A stretch of DNA of 56,284 nucleotides, from NCBI GenBank assembly GCA_964515675.1, contig CAZEVV010000001.1:1-56284 (forward strand), read 5' to 3'. Below are positions 1-8,934 of the stretch, one piece after another. Numbering within the stretch: the first letter of the stretch is position 1; every line of letters starts with the position of its first letter. The notes below the pieces were generated by a model. The model saw nothing but the letters and a program-made list of their open reading frames with translations. It ran no database searches and was not told where the DNA came from. Source of the stretch: an uncultured Paludibacter sp. (GTDB lineage Bacteria > Bacteroidota > Bacteroidia > Bacteroidales > Paludibacteraceae). A program made the translations under genes and the position numbers.

Positions 1-138
1 TTTATATTGTATTATATTCATGCTAATTTCAGACTTTATTTAAATCAAATCACATAAATAGGATAAGGTTCATTCAGAATATCGCAATATCAAACATTCT
101 ATTTGACATAATATATATTATAAGAAAATACTGTGTAT

Positions 139-174
139 AAAAAAATCTGTTGAAAACGACGCCTTCAACAGATT
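139..174 (-). terminator. Rho-independent terminator downstream of the hisIE-ftsE-small ORF unit
   Basis: Inverted repeat AATCTGTTGAA...TTCAACAGATT, followed by a T-run on the minus strand. Confidence 0.7.
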
Positions 175-287
175 GAATAAAAAATATAATGAAATATGTA
201 CTTAATCTTATCAATAATAAATTTGCAGATAAAAATGAAAAAAGTTCAGCAGTTTGGAATTAAAAAAATCAAATCATTGAAACGAAA

Positions 288-494
288 TTAGTAATCCACT
301 AATTTTTTTGCCGAACCATGCCATGAACATCCCAAACAAAAAAGATCATCTAAATTAAAGCCATCCAAACTTTCGTTTTCGTGCAACGCTTTAATATTAA
401 AATCAGCATCTACTTCAACAACTATCGATGCTCCAGATGCGTTTCGCACTCGAAAACGGCCGATTTTACATTGAGGACAAAGTTTCTTTTTCAT
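288..494 (-). CDS. Small hypothetical protein with two CxxC motifs (zinc-ribbon-like)
   Basis: 68 aa from the ATG at 494; CPQC near the N-terminus and CLGC near the C-terminus; co-oriented 55 bp after the ftsE-like gene. Confidence 0.7.
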   Translation of the reverse strand: MKKKLCPQCKIGRFRVRNASGASIVVEVDADFNIKALHENESLDGFNLDDLFCLGCSWHGSAKKLVDY

Positions 495-549
495 AAACAC
501 CTTATAATTTTATATTAAAGTAAATATTTTAATTTGATATTATAAAAAT

Positions 550-1269
550 TTATAATTCAACACTTTGCGCCTGATTAATAATTGGCTCTGAAATAATTTC
601 TTGCTCAATAAGTTGCTCGTTATCGCATTTAAAAACTCTACCAGGATGTGTTTTTATCCAATTGAGATTATGTGTTGCCATAACTACTGTTGTGCCGCTT
701 TGACAAATGCTATACAAAAGTTCAATTAATTCCGATGCAGTTTGCGGATCGAGATTACCTGTTGGTTCGTCGGCCAAAATAATTTCGGGCGAATTGAGTA
801 AAGCGCGTGCAATAACAATGCGTTGCTGCTCGCCACCCGATAACTGATGCGGCATTTTATAACCTTTATTGCTCATACCAACCTGTTGTAGAACGCTTTT
901 AATTTGCTCTTCGATGGCCAATTTGTCTTTCCAACCTGTGGCTTTCAAAACAAATTCGAGGTTTTCGTTCACCGTTCTATCAGTAAGTAACTGAAAATCT
1001 TGGAAAACAATGCCAATTTTACGACGAAGCAATGGTACATCACGATTTTTAATTTTCAACAAATCATAACCCAGCACACCTGCAATTCCTTCATCAATTG
1101 GAACTTCGCAATACATCGATTTCAACAGCGAACTTTTACCACTGCCCGACTTTCCTAGTAAATAAATATACTGTCCCGAATGCACTTCAAAGTCGACTTT
1201 TCGAAGCACCAACAACTCTTGCTGATAAATATCAACATCGACGTATTTTATGAGCAACTTTTTTTCCAT
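550..1269 (-). CDS. ftsE: FtsE-family ABC ATP-binding protein
   Basis: Walker [23 protein letters not shown], signature LSGGEQQR, Walker [12 protein letters not shown]. Confidence 0.8.
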   Translation of the reverse strand: MEKKLLIKYVDVDIYQQELLVLRKVDFEVHSGQYIYLLGKSGSGKSSLLKSMYCEVPIDEGIAGVLGYDLLKIKNRDVPLLRRKIGIVFQDFQLLTDRTVNENLEFVLKATGWKDKLAIEEQIKSVLQQVGMSNKGYKMPHQLSGGEQQRIVIARALLNSPEIILADEPTGNLDPQTASELIELLYSICQSGTTVVMATHNLNWIKTHPGRVFKCDNEQLIEQEIISEPIINQAQSVEL

Positions 1270-1296
1270 AAATATATTGTGCTTATTTACAGCTAT

Positions 1297-1890
1297 TTAT
1301 TTGTGTCTTTTTTTCAATTCTCTACCAATATCGTCGAGCGAATATCCTTTTGAGCGCAACAAAACTATCAAGTGATACACCAAATCAGAGGCTTCGTACA
1401 AAAACCCTTCTTCGGTGCCATTGGTAGCCTCTATTACTGTTTCAACAGCCTCCTCGCCTACTTTTTGAGCCATTCTGTTTACACCTTTATTAAATAAAGT
1501 TGTTGTGTACGACCCTTCAGGCATTTCGTTGTAGCGTTGCTCAATAAATTTTTGCAAATAATTGAGAAATGCAATATCGCCCTGATTGCTTTCGTTCCAA
1601 CATGTATCGTTGCCTGTGTGACAAACCGGACCAACAGGATTAACTTTAATAAGCAATGTATCATTATCGCAATCAATGGCCAACGAAACCAATTTCAGAA
1701 AGTTACCACTCTCCTCCCCTTTTGTCCAAAGGCGATTTTTTGAGCGACTATAAAAAGTTACATTGCCTGTAGCATTTGTTTTTTCAAATGCTTCGGCATT
1801 CATATACCCCAACATTAGCACTTTTGATGTAATATTGTCTTGTATAATTGCTGGAATCAATCCACCCGATTTATCAAAATCTATAGTCAT
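1297..1890 (-). CDS. hisIE: Bifunctional phosphoribosyl-AMP cyclohydrolase / phosphoribosyl-ATP pyrophosphatase
   Basis: LWTKGEESGN, DCDNDTLL, GPVCHTG..TC, QKVGEEAVE and EASDLVYH motifs. Confidence 0.97.
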   Translation of the reverse strand: MTIDFDKSGGLIPAIIQDNITSKVLMLGYMNAEAFEKTNATGNVTFYSRSKNRLWTKGEESGNFLKLVSLAIDCDNDTLLIKVNPVGPVCHTGNDTCWNESNQGDIAFLNYLQKFIEQRYNEMPEGSYTTTLFNKGVNRMAQKVGEEAVETVIEATNGTEEGFLYEASDLVYHLIVLLRSKGYSLDDIGRELKKRHK

Positions 1891-2076
1891 AATTTACAGA
1901 ATATCAGTATTATAAAAAAACTGTGTTTAAAATAATGTTCTACAAATATCTTTTTATTGAATAAAAAACCAAAATTGAACTTGTAGACATGCGAAATTAC
2001 AAAAAAATGAGCATAAAGCAATGCAATTTATTGTTTTTGTTCAATAAATTCGTTGTACATAGCAAATTCTAAAACG

Positions 2077-2113
2077 AAAAAAACCGACCCAGCATACACT
2101 GAATCGGTTTTTT
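2077..2113 (-). terminator. Terminator after the ffs-tRNA-Thr transcript
   Basis: Hairpin AAAAAACCGA...TCGGTTTTTT immediately 3' of the tRNA. Confidence 0.7.
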
Positions 2114-2114
2114 G

Positions 2115-2188
2115 AGCCTCTTGTCGGATTCGAACCAACGACCCCGAGATTACAAATCACGTGCTCTGGCCAACTGAGCTAAAGAGGC
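2115..2188 (-). tRNA. tRNA-Thr(TGT), CCA not encoded
   Basis: Minus strand GCCTCTTTAGCTCAGTTGGCCAGAGCACGTGATTTGTAATCTCGGGGTCGTTGGTTCGAATCCGACAAGAGGCT: acceptor stem, D arm, TTTGTAA anticodon loop, GGTTCGAATCC T arm. Confidence 0.96.
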
Positions 2189-2192
2189 AAGT

Positions 2193-2289
2193 GGGCAAGC
2201 TTACTAAATCGCACCGCTACAACCTTATACCCTTGCTGCGATCAAGCCCTGGGGGAGTTCAAAGGGAGCTGGTCGTTTAGGACTTACCC
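2193..2289 (-). ncRNA. ffs: Signal recognition particle RNA (small bacterial SRP, 4.5S)
   Basis: About 97-nt hairpin closed by GGGTAAGT/GCTTGCCC, with the helix-8 symmetric loop CAGG...AGCA; has its own TAnnTTTG promoter. Confidence 0.88.
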
Positions 2290-2293
2290 GCGA

Positions 2294-2301
2294 CAAAAGT
2301 A
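2294..2301 (-). promoter_or_regulatory. Bacteroidetes -7 promoter element for ffs/tRNA-Thr
   Basis: TACTTTTG (TAnnTTTG) a few nt upstream of the SRP RNA 5' end. Confidence 0.75.
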
Positions 2302-2630
2302 CTGCTTTTTCTTGAATCTGCAAGGGTTTGCGCGTATTTTTTTTGAAGAAATTTATACTCCATTCATTACCAATAAAATAAAATTGCATTTTTTTTATTA
2401 CGATACCAAACAAAAGGCTATTTTGTACAAAAATCCCATATTCATCAACTCAAAATGCTTATTCAATCAATCAAAATACTTTCTTATCCATCAATTTTAT
2501 CCATTTTATTGGCTTTTGGTGTATCGAATTTAATTTGACAATTAAAAAAATTAATCATAACTGCCTTTCTCAATTTATTTAAAACACAACAAATTTCGTT
2601 CTGCATGAAACGCATTTAAAATAAAAACTG

Positions 2631-2638
2631 TATTTTTG
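2631..2638 (+). promoter_or_regulatory. Bacteroidetes -7 promoter element
   Basis: TATTTTTG 20 nt upstream of the ATG at 2659. Confidence 0.55.
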
Positions 2639-2658
2639 TATGTTAGCAAACGAAAAAA

Positions 2659-3846
2659 ATGAATAAAGAAACCTACGATTATATAATAGAGAATATTGAT
2701 GCTGATGTACGAAAATTAGCATTGAAAGGAAGCAAAAACACATTGATTGATTTGCCCTTTGCCCTGCAACAAATTGAAGGAAGACAAAAAATTAAGCAAA
2801 AAATTCCGAGTTTTTACAACAATCCTCAAATTTTATATCCCAAACAGCTATCGATTGAGCAATCTTCTTCTGAATCAACAGCTTGTTACAAAAAAATGCT
2901 TTGCGAAGGCAAGGTTTTTGCCGATATCACCGGTGGATTCGGCATCGATTTTTACTTTATTTCGCAAAAATTCGACAAAAAAATATATGTTGAACAAAAT
3001 GCAGATCTTTGTGACATTGTTACACACAATTTATCGGTTTTATCGCATAAAAACTATGAAGTGCACAATGCCAATGCTGTTGATTTTCTGGAAAATACTG
3101 AAAAACTCGATTGGCTCTATATCGACCCTGCTAGGCGCGACAATGCTGGTAAAAAAACTGTGTTGATAAGTGATTGTACCCCTGATGTTGTTGCGCTTAT
3201 GCCATTATTGCGAAAAAAAGCAAGCAAAATAATGCTCAAACTTTCGCCAATGCTCGACATTCATCAGGCTTTGAGCGCATTGCCCAATTGTTATGCATTG
3301 CATGTGATTGCTACCGAAAACGAATGTAAGGAAATTTTATTTTTGTTAGACACTGAAAATGAGTACAATAAAGACGAAATTGAGATTAGCTGTGTCAATA
3401 TTTTGAAAAATGCAAGCATTGAGCATTTTAATTTCGAAATTTCTGTTGAAAACAAAACAATTGCCCCTATTGCTCAAAATATTAAACATTATTTGTACGA
3501 ACCCAATGCAGCCATTATGAAAGCAGGTGCATTTAAATGTATAGCAGAGCATTTTGCTATTGAAAAAATTGATAAAAACACACATTTATATAGTAGTGAT
3601 AAGAAAATTGAGTATTTCCCTGGGCGAATTTTTGAAATTGAACAGGTTTATGGTAGTTCGAAAGCCGACATTAAGTTGCTGAAAAACAAAATAAAAAAAG
3701 CAAATATTATTGCCCGAAATTATGTACTATCAGCCGATGAATTGCGTAAAAAACTTGCATTAAAGGATGGTGGCGACGATTATCTGTTGGCTTTTAAAAA
3801 TGCAGCAGCCGATAACATGATTGTGCATTGCAAGCGATTGAAATAA
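2659..3846 (+). CDS. Class I SAM-dependent methyltransferase with C-terminal THUMP-like domain
   Basis: ADITGGFGID SAM-binding motif, YIDPARR, KLSPMLD, YLYEPNAAIMKAG, FPGRIF. Confidence 0.85.
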   Translation: MNKETYDYIIENIDADVRKLALKGSKNTLIDLPFALQQIEGRQKIKQKIPSFYNNPQILYPKQLSIEQSSSESTACYKKMLCEGKVFADITGGFGIDFYFISQKFDKKIYVEQNADLCDIVTHNLSVLSHKNYEVHNANAVDFLENTEKLDWLYIDPARRDNAGKKTVLISDCTPDVVALMPLLRKKASKIMLKLSPMLDIHQALSALPNCYALHVIATENECKEILFLLDTENEYNKDEIEISCVNILKNASIEHFNFEISVENKTIAPIAQNIKHYLYEPNAAIMKAGAFKCIAEHFAIEKIDKNTHLYSSDKKIEYFPGRIFEIEQVYGSSKADIKLLKNKIKKANIIARNYVLSADELRKKLALKDGGDDYLLAFKNAAADNMIVHCKRLK

Positions 3847-3854
3847 AGTAAACT

Positions 3855-3887
3855 AAAAAGCCCTGCGATATGATTGACAGGGCTTTT
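3855..3887. terminator. Bidirectional terminator between convergent genes
   Basis: AAAAAGCCCTG...CAGGGCTTTT. Confidence 0.75.
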
Positions 3888-3905
3888 GTTTGTTGTTTTG
3901 AAGTA

Positions 3906-6050
3906 TTATTTGAGCAATTTCAACTGTAATCGTTTTCGCGCTATGTCCATTTCGAGCACTTGCACACGTACATGTTGATGCAGACTTACAATTTCAGCCG
4001 GATTTTTGATAAATTTATCACTCATATTCGAAATGTGTACAAGTCCGTTTTCTTTTATGCCAACATCAACAAAAGCGCCAAAATTGGTAATATTTGTCAC
4101 AATTCCAGGCAGTTCCATGCCAACTTTTAAATCGTCGAATGTTTTAATTGTAGCATCGAACTCAAAAACTTGCGCCGAAGCACGTGGGTCGCGTCCAGGT
4201 TTTTCGAGCTCCTCGGCAATATCGCGCAAAGTAGGCAAACCAACTTTATCGGTTACAAAATCGTTGAGTTCGATGCTTTGAATGATATTTTTATTGCTAA
4301 TCAGCTCTTTTACAGTTATTTTCTTGCTTTTAGCCATTTTTTCGACTATTTCATAACTCTCGGGGTGAACAGCCGAATTGTCGAGCGGATTATCAGCGGC
4401 TGTAATGCGCAAGAAACCAGCACATTGCTCAAAAGTTTTAGCGCCCATTTTAGGAACTTGCAACAATTGTTTACGCGAGCTAAAAGCCCCATTATTAGCA
4501 CGATAATCAACTATATTTTGCGCCAATTGTGGCCCGAGCCCCGACACATAGGTAAGTAAATGTTTACTGGCCGTATTGAGGTTCACTCCTACTCTATTAA
4601 CTGCATTCTCAACCGTTTGATCGAGTGATTTTTTGAGTTTCGTTTGATCCACATCGTGCTGATACTGCCCAACACCAATGGATTTTGCATCAATTTTCAC
4701 CAACTCGGCCAAAGGGTCCATCAATCGGCGGCCAATCGACACTGCACCACGCACTGTAACATCGTAATCGGGAAATTCGTCGCGAGCAATTTTCGATGCC
4801 GAATAAATAGAAGCACCATTTTCCGAAACAACAAAAACTTTAACTACACGGTCAAAACGAATGCTTTGAATAAAACGCTCTGTTTCGCGCCCTGCTGTGC
4901 CATTACCTATTGCAATTGCCTCAATATTATAGGCTTCCACCATTTTTTGCACTTTGCGCATGGCCAAAGCAAATTCGTTTTGAGGTGGATGCGGATAAAT
5001 GGTTTCGTTGTGCAGTAAATCGCCCTGTGCATCGAGACAAACGATTTTACAACCAGTACGAAACCCAGGATCGATGGCCAAAGTTCGTTTCTGCCCCAAT
5101 GGTGGCGCTAAAAGCAATTGGCGAAGATTGTCGGTAAATACCAAAATAGCTTCTTCGTCGGCTTTTAGCTTGCTCGAAGCTGCAAATTCGGTTTCGATGG
5201 CCGGCTTTAGCAAACGTTTGTAAGCATCTTTCACAGCATCGTGCACAATTTGAGCCGATTGTGAGTTGTTGCGTACAAAAATTCGGTCCAATCGGTCCAA
5301 ACACTTATCCTCATCGGTTGGCTGTATGCTTACGCGCAAGAAACCTTCGGCCTCGCCGCGGCGCATGGCCAATAAGCGATGCGACGAACAACGCGAAAGT
5401 TTTTCGGAATGGTCGAAATAATCGGTATATTTTTGAGCATCGGGTTCCGATACTTTTGTTTTTACAACTTTTGAACTTATAATTGCCTCATAATCAAATA
5501 TACGGCGAATAGCTGAACGCGCATTTTCGCTTTCGTTTACCCATTCGGCAATAATATCCATAGCTCCTGCAATGGCTTCATCGTGGCTTTTTACATCTTT
5601 CGACAAAAATTTTTGTGTCAATTGCATTATATCGCTTGCGTTTTGTGCCATAATCATTTTAGCAAGTGGTTCGAGTCCTTTTTCGCGAGCAATTTCGGCA
5701 CGTGTACGACGCTTGGGCTTGTAGGGTAAGTAAATATCCTCCAATTCGGTCATATTCCAACAAGCTTCGATACGCTTCGATAATTCATCTGTAAGTTTTT
5801 CTTGCTCCTCAATCGACTTTAAAATTGATATTTTGCGCTTTTCGATTTCTATTAGCTTGTCATAAAATTCCTTTGCATCGGCAATTTGCACTTCGTCCAT
5901 TCCATTAGTCATTTCTTTGCGATACCTACTAATAAAAGGAATTGTTGCACCTCCATCGAGCAATTCGATAAGATTGGAAATGTGCACTTGCTTCAATTGG
6001 AGCTTTTCAGCTATCATCGAGATAAAAAGCGCTTTGTTGTTTTCAGACAT
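3906..6050 (-). CDS. tex: Tex family RNA-binding transcription accessory protein (YqgF-like, HhH and S1 domains)
   Basis: GATIPFISRYRKE, LEDIYLPYKPKRRTRA, IDPGFRTGCK, SIGVGQYQHDV, C-terminal S1 domain. Confidence 0.95.
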   Translation of the reverse strand: MSENNKALFISMIAEKLQLKQVHISNLIELLDGGATIPFISRYRKEMTNGMDEVQIADAKEFYDKLIEIEKRKISILKSIEEQEKLTDELSKRIEACWNMTELEDIYLPYKPKRRTRAEIAREKGLEPLAKMIMAQNASDIMQLTQKFLSKDVKSHDEAIAGAMDIIAEWVNESENARSAIRRIFDYEAIISSKVVKTKVSEPDAQKYTDYFDHSEKLSRCSSHRLLAMRRGEAEGFLRVSIQPTDEDKCLDRLDRIFVRNNSQSAQIVHDAVKDAYKRLLKPAIETEFAASSKLKADEEAILVFTDNLRQLLLAPPLGQKRTLAIDPGFRTGCKIVCLDAQGDLLHNETIYPHPPQNEFALAMRKVQKMVEAYNIEAIAIGNGTAGRETERFIQSIRFDRVVKVFVVSENGASIYSASKIARDEFPDYDVTVRGAVSIGRRLMDPLAELVKIDAKSIGVGQYQHDVDQTKLKKSLDQTVENAVNRVGVNLNTASKHLLTYVSGLGPQLAQNIVDYRANNGAFSSRKQLLQVPKMGAKTFEQCAGFLRITAADNPLDNSAVHPESYEIVEKMAKSKKITVKELISNKNIIQSIELNDFVTDKVGLPTLRDIAEELEKPGRDPRASAQVFEFDATIKTFDDLKVGMELPGIVTNITNFGAFVDVGIKENGLVHISNMSDKFIKNPAEIVSLHQHVRVQVLEMDIARKRLQLKLLK

Positions 6051-6056
6051 AATATG

Positions 6057-6110
6057 TATTTACGATTTTTCTATTTACTATTTGGTATTTACTATTTACA
6101 ATTTCGATTT
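6057..6110. repeat. Degenerate heptamer tandem repeat (TATTTAC)n
   Basis: About 7 imperfect units directly upstream of the tex start codon. Confidence 0.65.
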
Positions 6111-6156
6111 TGGACTGAAATGTAGTGCAATCCGAAACTCGAAACAAAATAATAAC

Positions 6157-7176
6157 TCAATGAATTATTTTATATATTAACTCTTTGAGTAACTCTCCAT
6201 CATCAATGTTATTCGATTCAATTCCTTTGGATCGGGCATCGGTTTCGCGAATCCATGCAATGATATTGAGTGTTTTGCGTTGATTAAAAACCCTTGCTGC
6301 TCGTTCGTACTCCTTTACAAAATAAGGATTTATCTTAAGTTCGACAGCAACATTGCCCTGACTTTTATCGGCTAAATAATGAAAAATCATTAAGTTTGCA
6401 AAAAAGCTAAACATTTGTGCTAAAACCATTTGTATGGGATTTGCTTTTTTATTTTCGCCAAAATATTTTACAATCCGGTTTGCTTTTAATACATCTTGAT
6501 TTATTAAAGCAGCTTGAAGCTCAAAAACATTAAAATCTTTACTTATTCCAATGTTTTTCTCAATTATTTCGGGGGTAATCCGTTGTTCTTTGTCCTTTAA
6601 AATAATGGCCAATTTATCAATTTCGTTAGCTACTTTCGATAAATCGGTACCCAAAAACTCAACCAATATATTCAAACTTTTATCGTCGATAGTAAGATTT
6701 TTGCTTTTTACATATCGCGAAATCCATGGCGACATTTCGTAGTCGCGCAATTTTACCGACTCGAAAAGAACCGCCTTTTTTTGTATTTCAAGATACCACT
6801 TTTTTCGTTTATCGGGTGTGCCATATTTGTATGCAAATACCACAATAGTAGTACTTTGCGGCATTTTTAGGTAAAACTCCAAATTGTCCCAATCTTTAAT
6901 ATTTTGTGCCTCTTTCACAATTAACACCTGCTTTGGCGACATCATTGGATAGCGTTTTGCTGCGTTCACAATACTATTCATGTCGGTATCTTTACCGTAA
7001 ACAACCGTAAGGTCGAACTCGCGCTGCATTTCGTCGAGCACATTGTTTTGAATAAAATCGGTGATTACATCAATATAATAAGCTTCGTCGCCCATTAAAA
7101 AATACAAGGGTTTAAAATCCTTTCGGCGAAGGTCGGTCATAACCTGATCGAATGAAATTCCGCTTTGTTTAGCCAT
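6157..7176 (-). CDS. holA: DNA polymerase III delta subunit
   Basis: PLYFLMGDEAYYID, AKRYPMM, VKEAQ, IGISKDFNVFEL. Confidence 0.93.
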   Translation of the reverse strand: MAKQSGISFDQVMTDLRRKDFKPLYFLMGDEAYYIDVITDFIQNNVLDEMQREFDLTVVYGKDTDMNSIVNAAKRYPMMSPKQVLIVKEAQNIKDWDNLEFYLKMPQSTTIVVFAYKYGTPDKRKKWYLEIQKKAVLFESVKLRDYEMSPWISRYVKSKNLTIDDKSLNILVEFLGTDLSKVANEIDKLAIILKDKEQRITPEIIEKNIGISKDFNVFELQAALINQDVLKANRIVKYFGENKKANPIQMVLAQMFSFFANLMIFHYLADKSQGNVAVELKINPYFVKEYERAARVFNQRKTLNIIAWIRETDARSKGIESNNIDDGELLKELIYKIIH

Positions 7177-7286
7177 ATTTTATTTGATTTATTCGAAATT
7201 ATCTTTACACTTTTAATACCATCAACAAAGATACATCAAAAAAATTTCTTTACTAAATAATTGCTCAATAATATTTATACTAAAAA

Positions 7287-7512
7287 GTCCCCCCAACCCC
7301 TTAAAGGGAGAATTTAATGCGTGCATCGATTGATTTTTTTAATTCGAAATAGCATGTTTTATAAATTGATAGTTTTTTTTTCATAAGTGATATAATGAAT
7401 CAAGTAAGTGATTGTAATTTCAGTCTTTTGCTAAATAAAAGGCTTCATTTATCCATTCAAAAAATATTAAAATGAAAGCTTTGTCTGCTTCCCTTGTAAG
7501 GGGCTGGGGGGC
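7287..7512. repeat. Pair of inverted GC-rich REP-like palindromes (7287-7310 and 7488-7512) flanking an AT-rich spacer
   Basis: GTCCCCCCAACCCCTTAAAGGGAG versus the reverse complement of the second copy, GCCCCCCAGCCCCTTACAAGGGAAG. Confidence 0.65.
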
Positions 7513-7591
7513 GCAGTATGAAACAAAAAGAAGAACAAAATCTTCGTTATACACGAAAACTTTGTTCTTCAACAATTTTTCTATCAAACAA

Positions 7592-8365
7592 CTATTCGAA
7601 ACGAAGGTGTTTAATGGTTTTACTTTTGTTCATCAACGAGCTAAGTGCTTTTATACCAATACGTATATGTTCTTCGACAAAACTTGTAGTTACTTTTTTA
7701 TCGCTTTCGTCGGTTTTTATACCATCGGCCTGTAAAGGCATGTCCGACACCAAAAGCAAAGCACCAATAGGAATTGAATTGTAAAATCCGGCCGAAAACA
7801 ATGTTGCCGTTTCCATATCGATGGCCATGGCACGTGTCGAAACTAAGTAGTTTTTAAATTTTTCGTCGTGCTCCCACACGCGTCGATTAGTGGTGTACAC
7901 AGTGCCAGTCCAATAATCTTTACCGAAATCGCGAATATTCGACGACACAGCACGTTGCAAACTAAATGCTGGCAATGCAGGAATTTCGATAGGGAAATAA
8001 TCGTTGGAAGTACCTTCGCCTCGTATTGCAGCACTTGGTAAAATATAATCGCCCATTTTGTTTTTATCGCGCAAACCGCCACATTTGCCCAAAAACAATA
8101 CAGCTTTTGGCGATACTGCCGATAAAATATCCATAATGATAGCAGCATTTGGGCTACCCATACCAAAGTTTATAATTGTTATTCCATTGGCCGATGCATT
8201 TATCATATTGCCATCGCGACCCAAAACAGGCACATTGTGCCACTCGGCAAACAGTTCGACATAATTGTTGAAGTTTGTCAATAAAATATATTCGGTAAAC
8301 TCATTCAAAGGTCGCTTTGTGTAGCGAGGTAACCAGTTTTCTACAATTTCTTTTTTAGTTTTCAT
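7592..8365 (-). CDS. amn: AMP nucleosidase (Bacteroidetes type, PNP/UDP family)
   Basis: NWLPRYT, ILLTNF, NFGMGSPNAA, AIRGEGTS, IDMETATLF. Confidence 0.92.
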   Translation of the reverse strand: MKTKKEIVENWLPRYTKRPLNEFTEYILLTNFNNYVELFAEWHNVPVLGRDGNMINASANGITIINFGMGSPNAAIIMDILSAVSPKAVLFLGKCGGLRDKNKMGDYILPSAAIRGEGTSNDYFPIEIPALPAFSLQRAVSSNIRDFGKDYWTGTVYTTNRRVWEHDEKFKNYLVSTRAMAIDMETATLFSAGFYNSIPIGALLLVSDMPLQADGIKTDESDKKVTTSFVEEHIRIGIKALSSLMNKSKTIKHLRFE

Positions 8366-8443
8366 GTAATTTCGATTTTATTAGTTGTTTTTTTGTAATT
8401 TCGCAATCTCAAAACCCATAAAGGGTAACAAAAATAAGAAAAA

Positions 8444-8896
8444 ATGTTGAAACTCAATCTACCATTATATGAATTTCGTATAAAAAAACAAAATAATAAA
8501 ATTTTTATATTTGATGATATACGAAAAAAGCATGTAACACTTACTCCCGAAGAGTGGGTTCGGCAAAATTTTATCCGTTTTTTAGTGGAAGAAAAATCTT
8601 TTCCGAAGAGTTATATTGCTGTAGAACACGAAATTAATGTAAATGGACTACGTAAACGCTGCGATGGTTTGGTTTATAACCGACAAATGCAGCCAATGGT
8701 TATTCTCGAATTTAAAGCCCCTAGTGTAAACATTACCCAAGAAACATTCGACCAGGCGGCGGTGTATAACTCAAAAGTTGGTGCAAAATATTTTATTTTG
8801 AGCAACGGAATGATGCATATTTGTTGTTTACTCAACGAAAACGCCTATGTTTTTTTGCAAGAAGTACCTGATTTTAAAAGCATTGAGGCACTTTAA
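8444..8896 (+). CDS. Stand-alone type I restriction HsdR N-terminal-like domain protein (HSDR_N_2)
   Basis: IRKKHVTLTPEEWVRQ, RCDGLVY..ILEFKAP and Q..VY motifs. Confidence 0.85.
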   Translation: MLKLNLPLYEFRIKKQNNKIFIFDDIRKKHVTLTPEEWVRQNFIRFLVEEKSFPKSYIAVEHEINVNGLRKRCDGLVYNRQMQPMVILEFKAPSVNITQETFDQAAVYNSKVGAKYFILSNGMMHICCLLNENAYVFLQEVPDFKSIEAL

Positions 8897-8934
8897 AGTT
8901 TTAAAAAATTGTTTTATCTGAAAAAATAAAAAAA

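Noticed and set aside
2115-2188. tRNA as an integration site for an island
   Set aside because: No integrase, and I saw no duplicated tRNA 3' end in the window
2225-2533. ORFs 2225-2413 and 2312-2533
   Set aside because: They overlap the SRP RNA and its promoter region and show no protein-like motifs
8444-8896. Type I restriction-modification system
   Set aside because: Only a 150-aa domain; no hsdM, hsdS or helicase nearby
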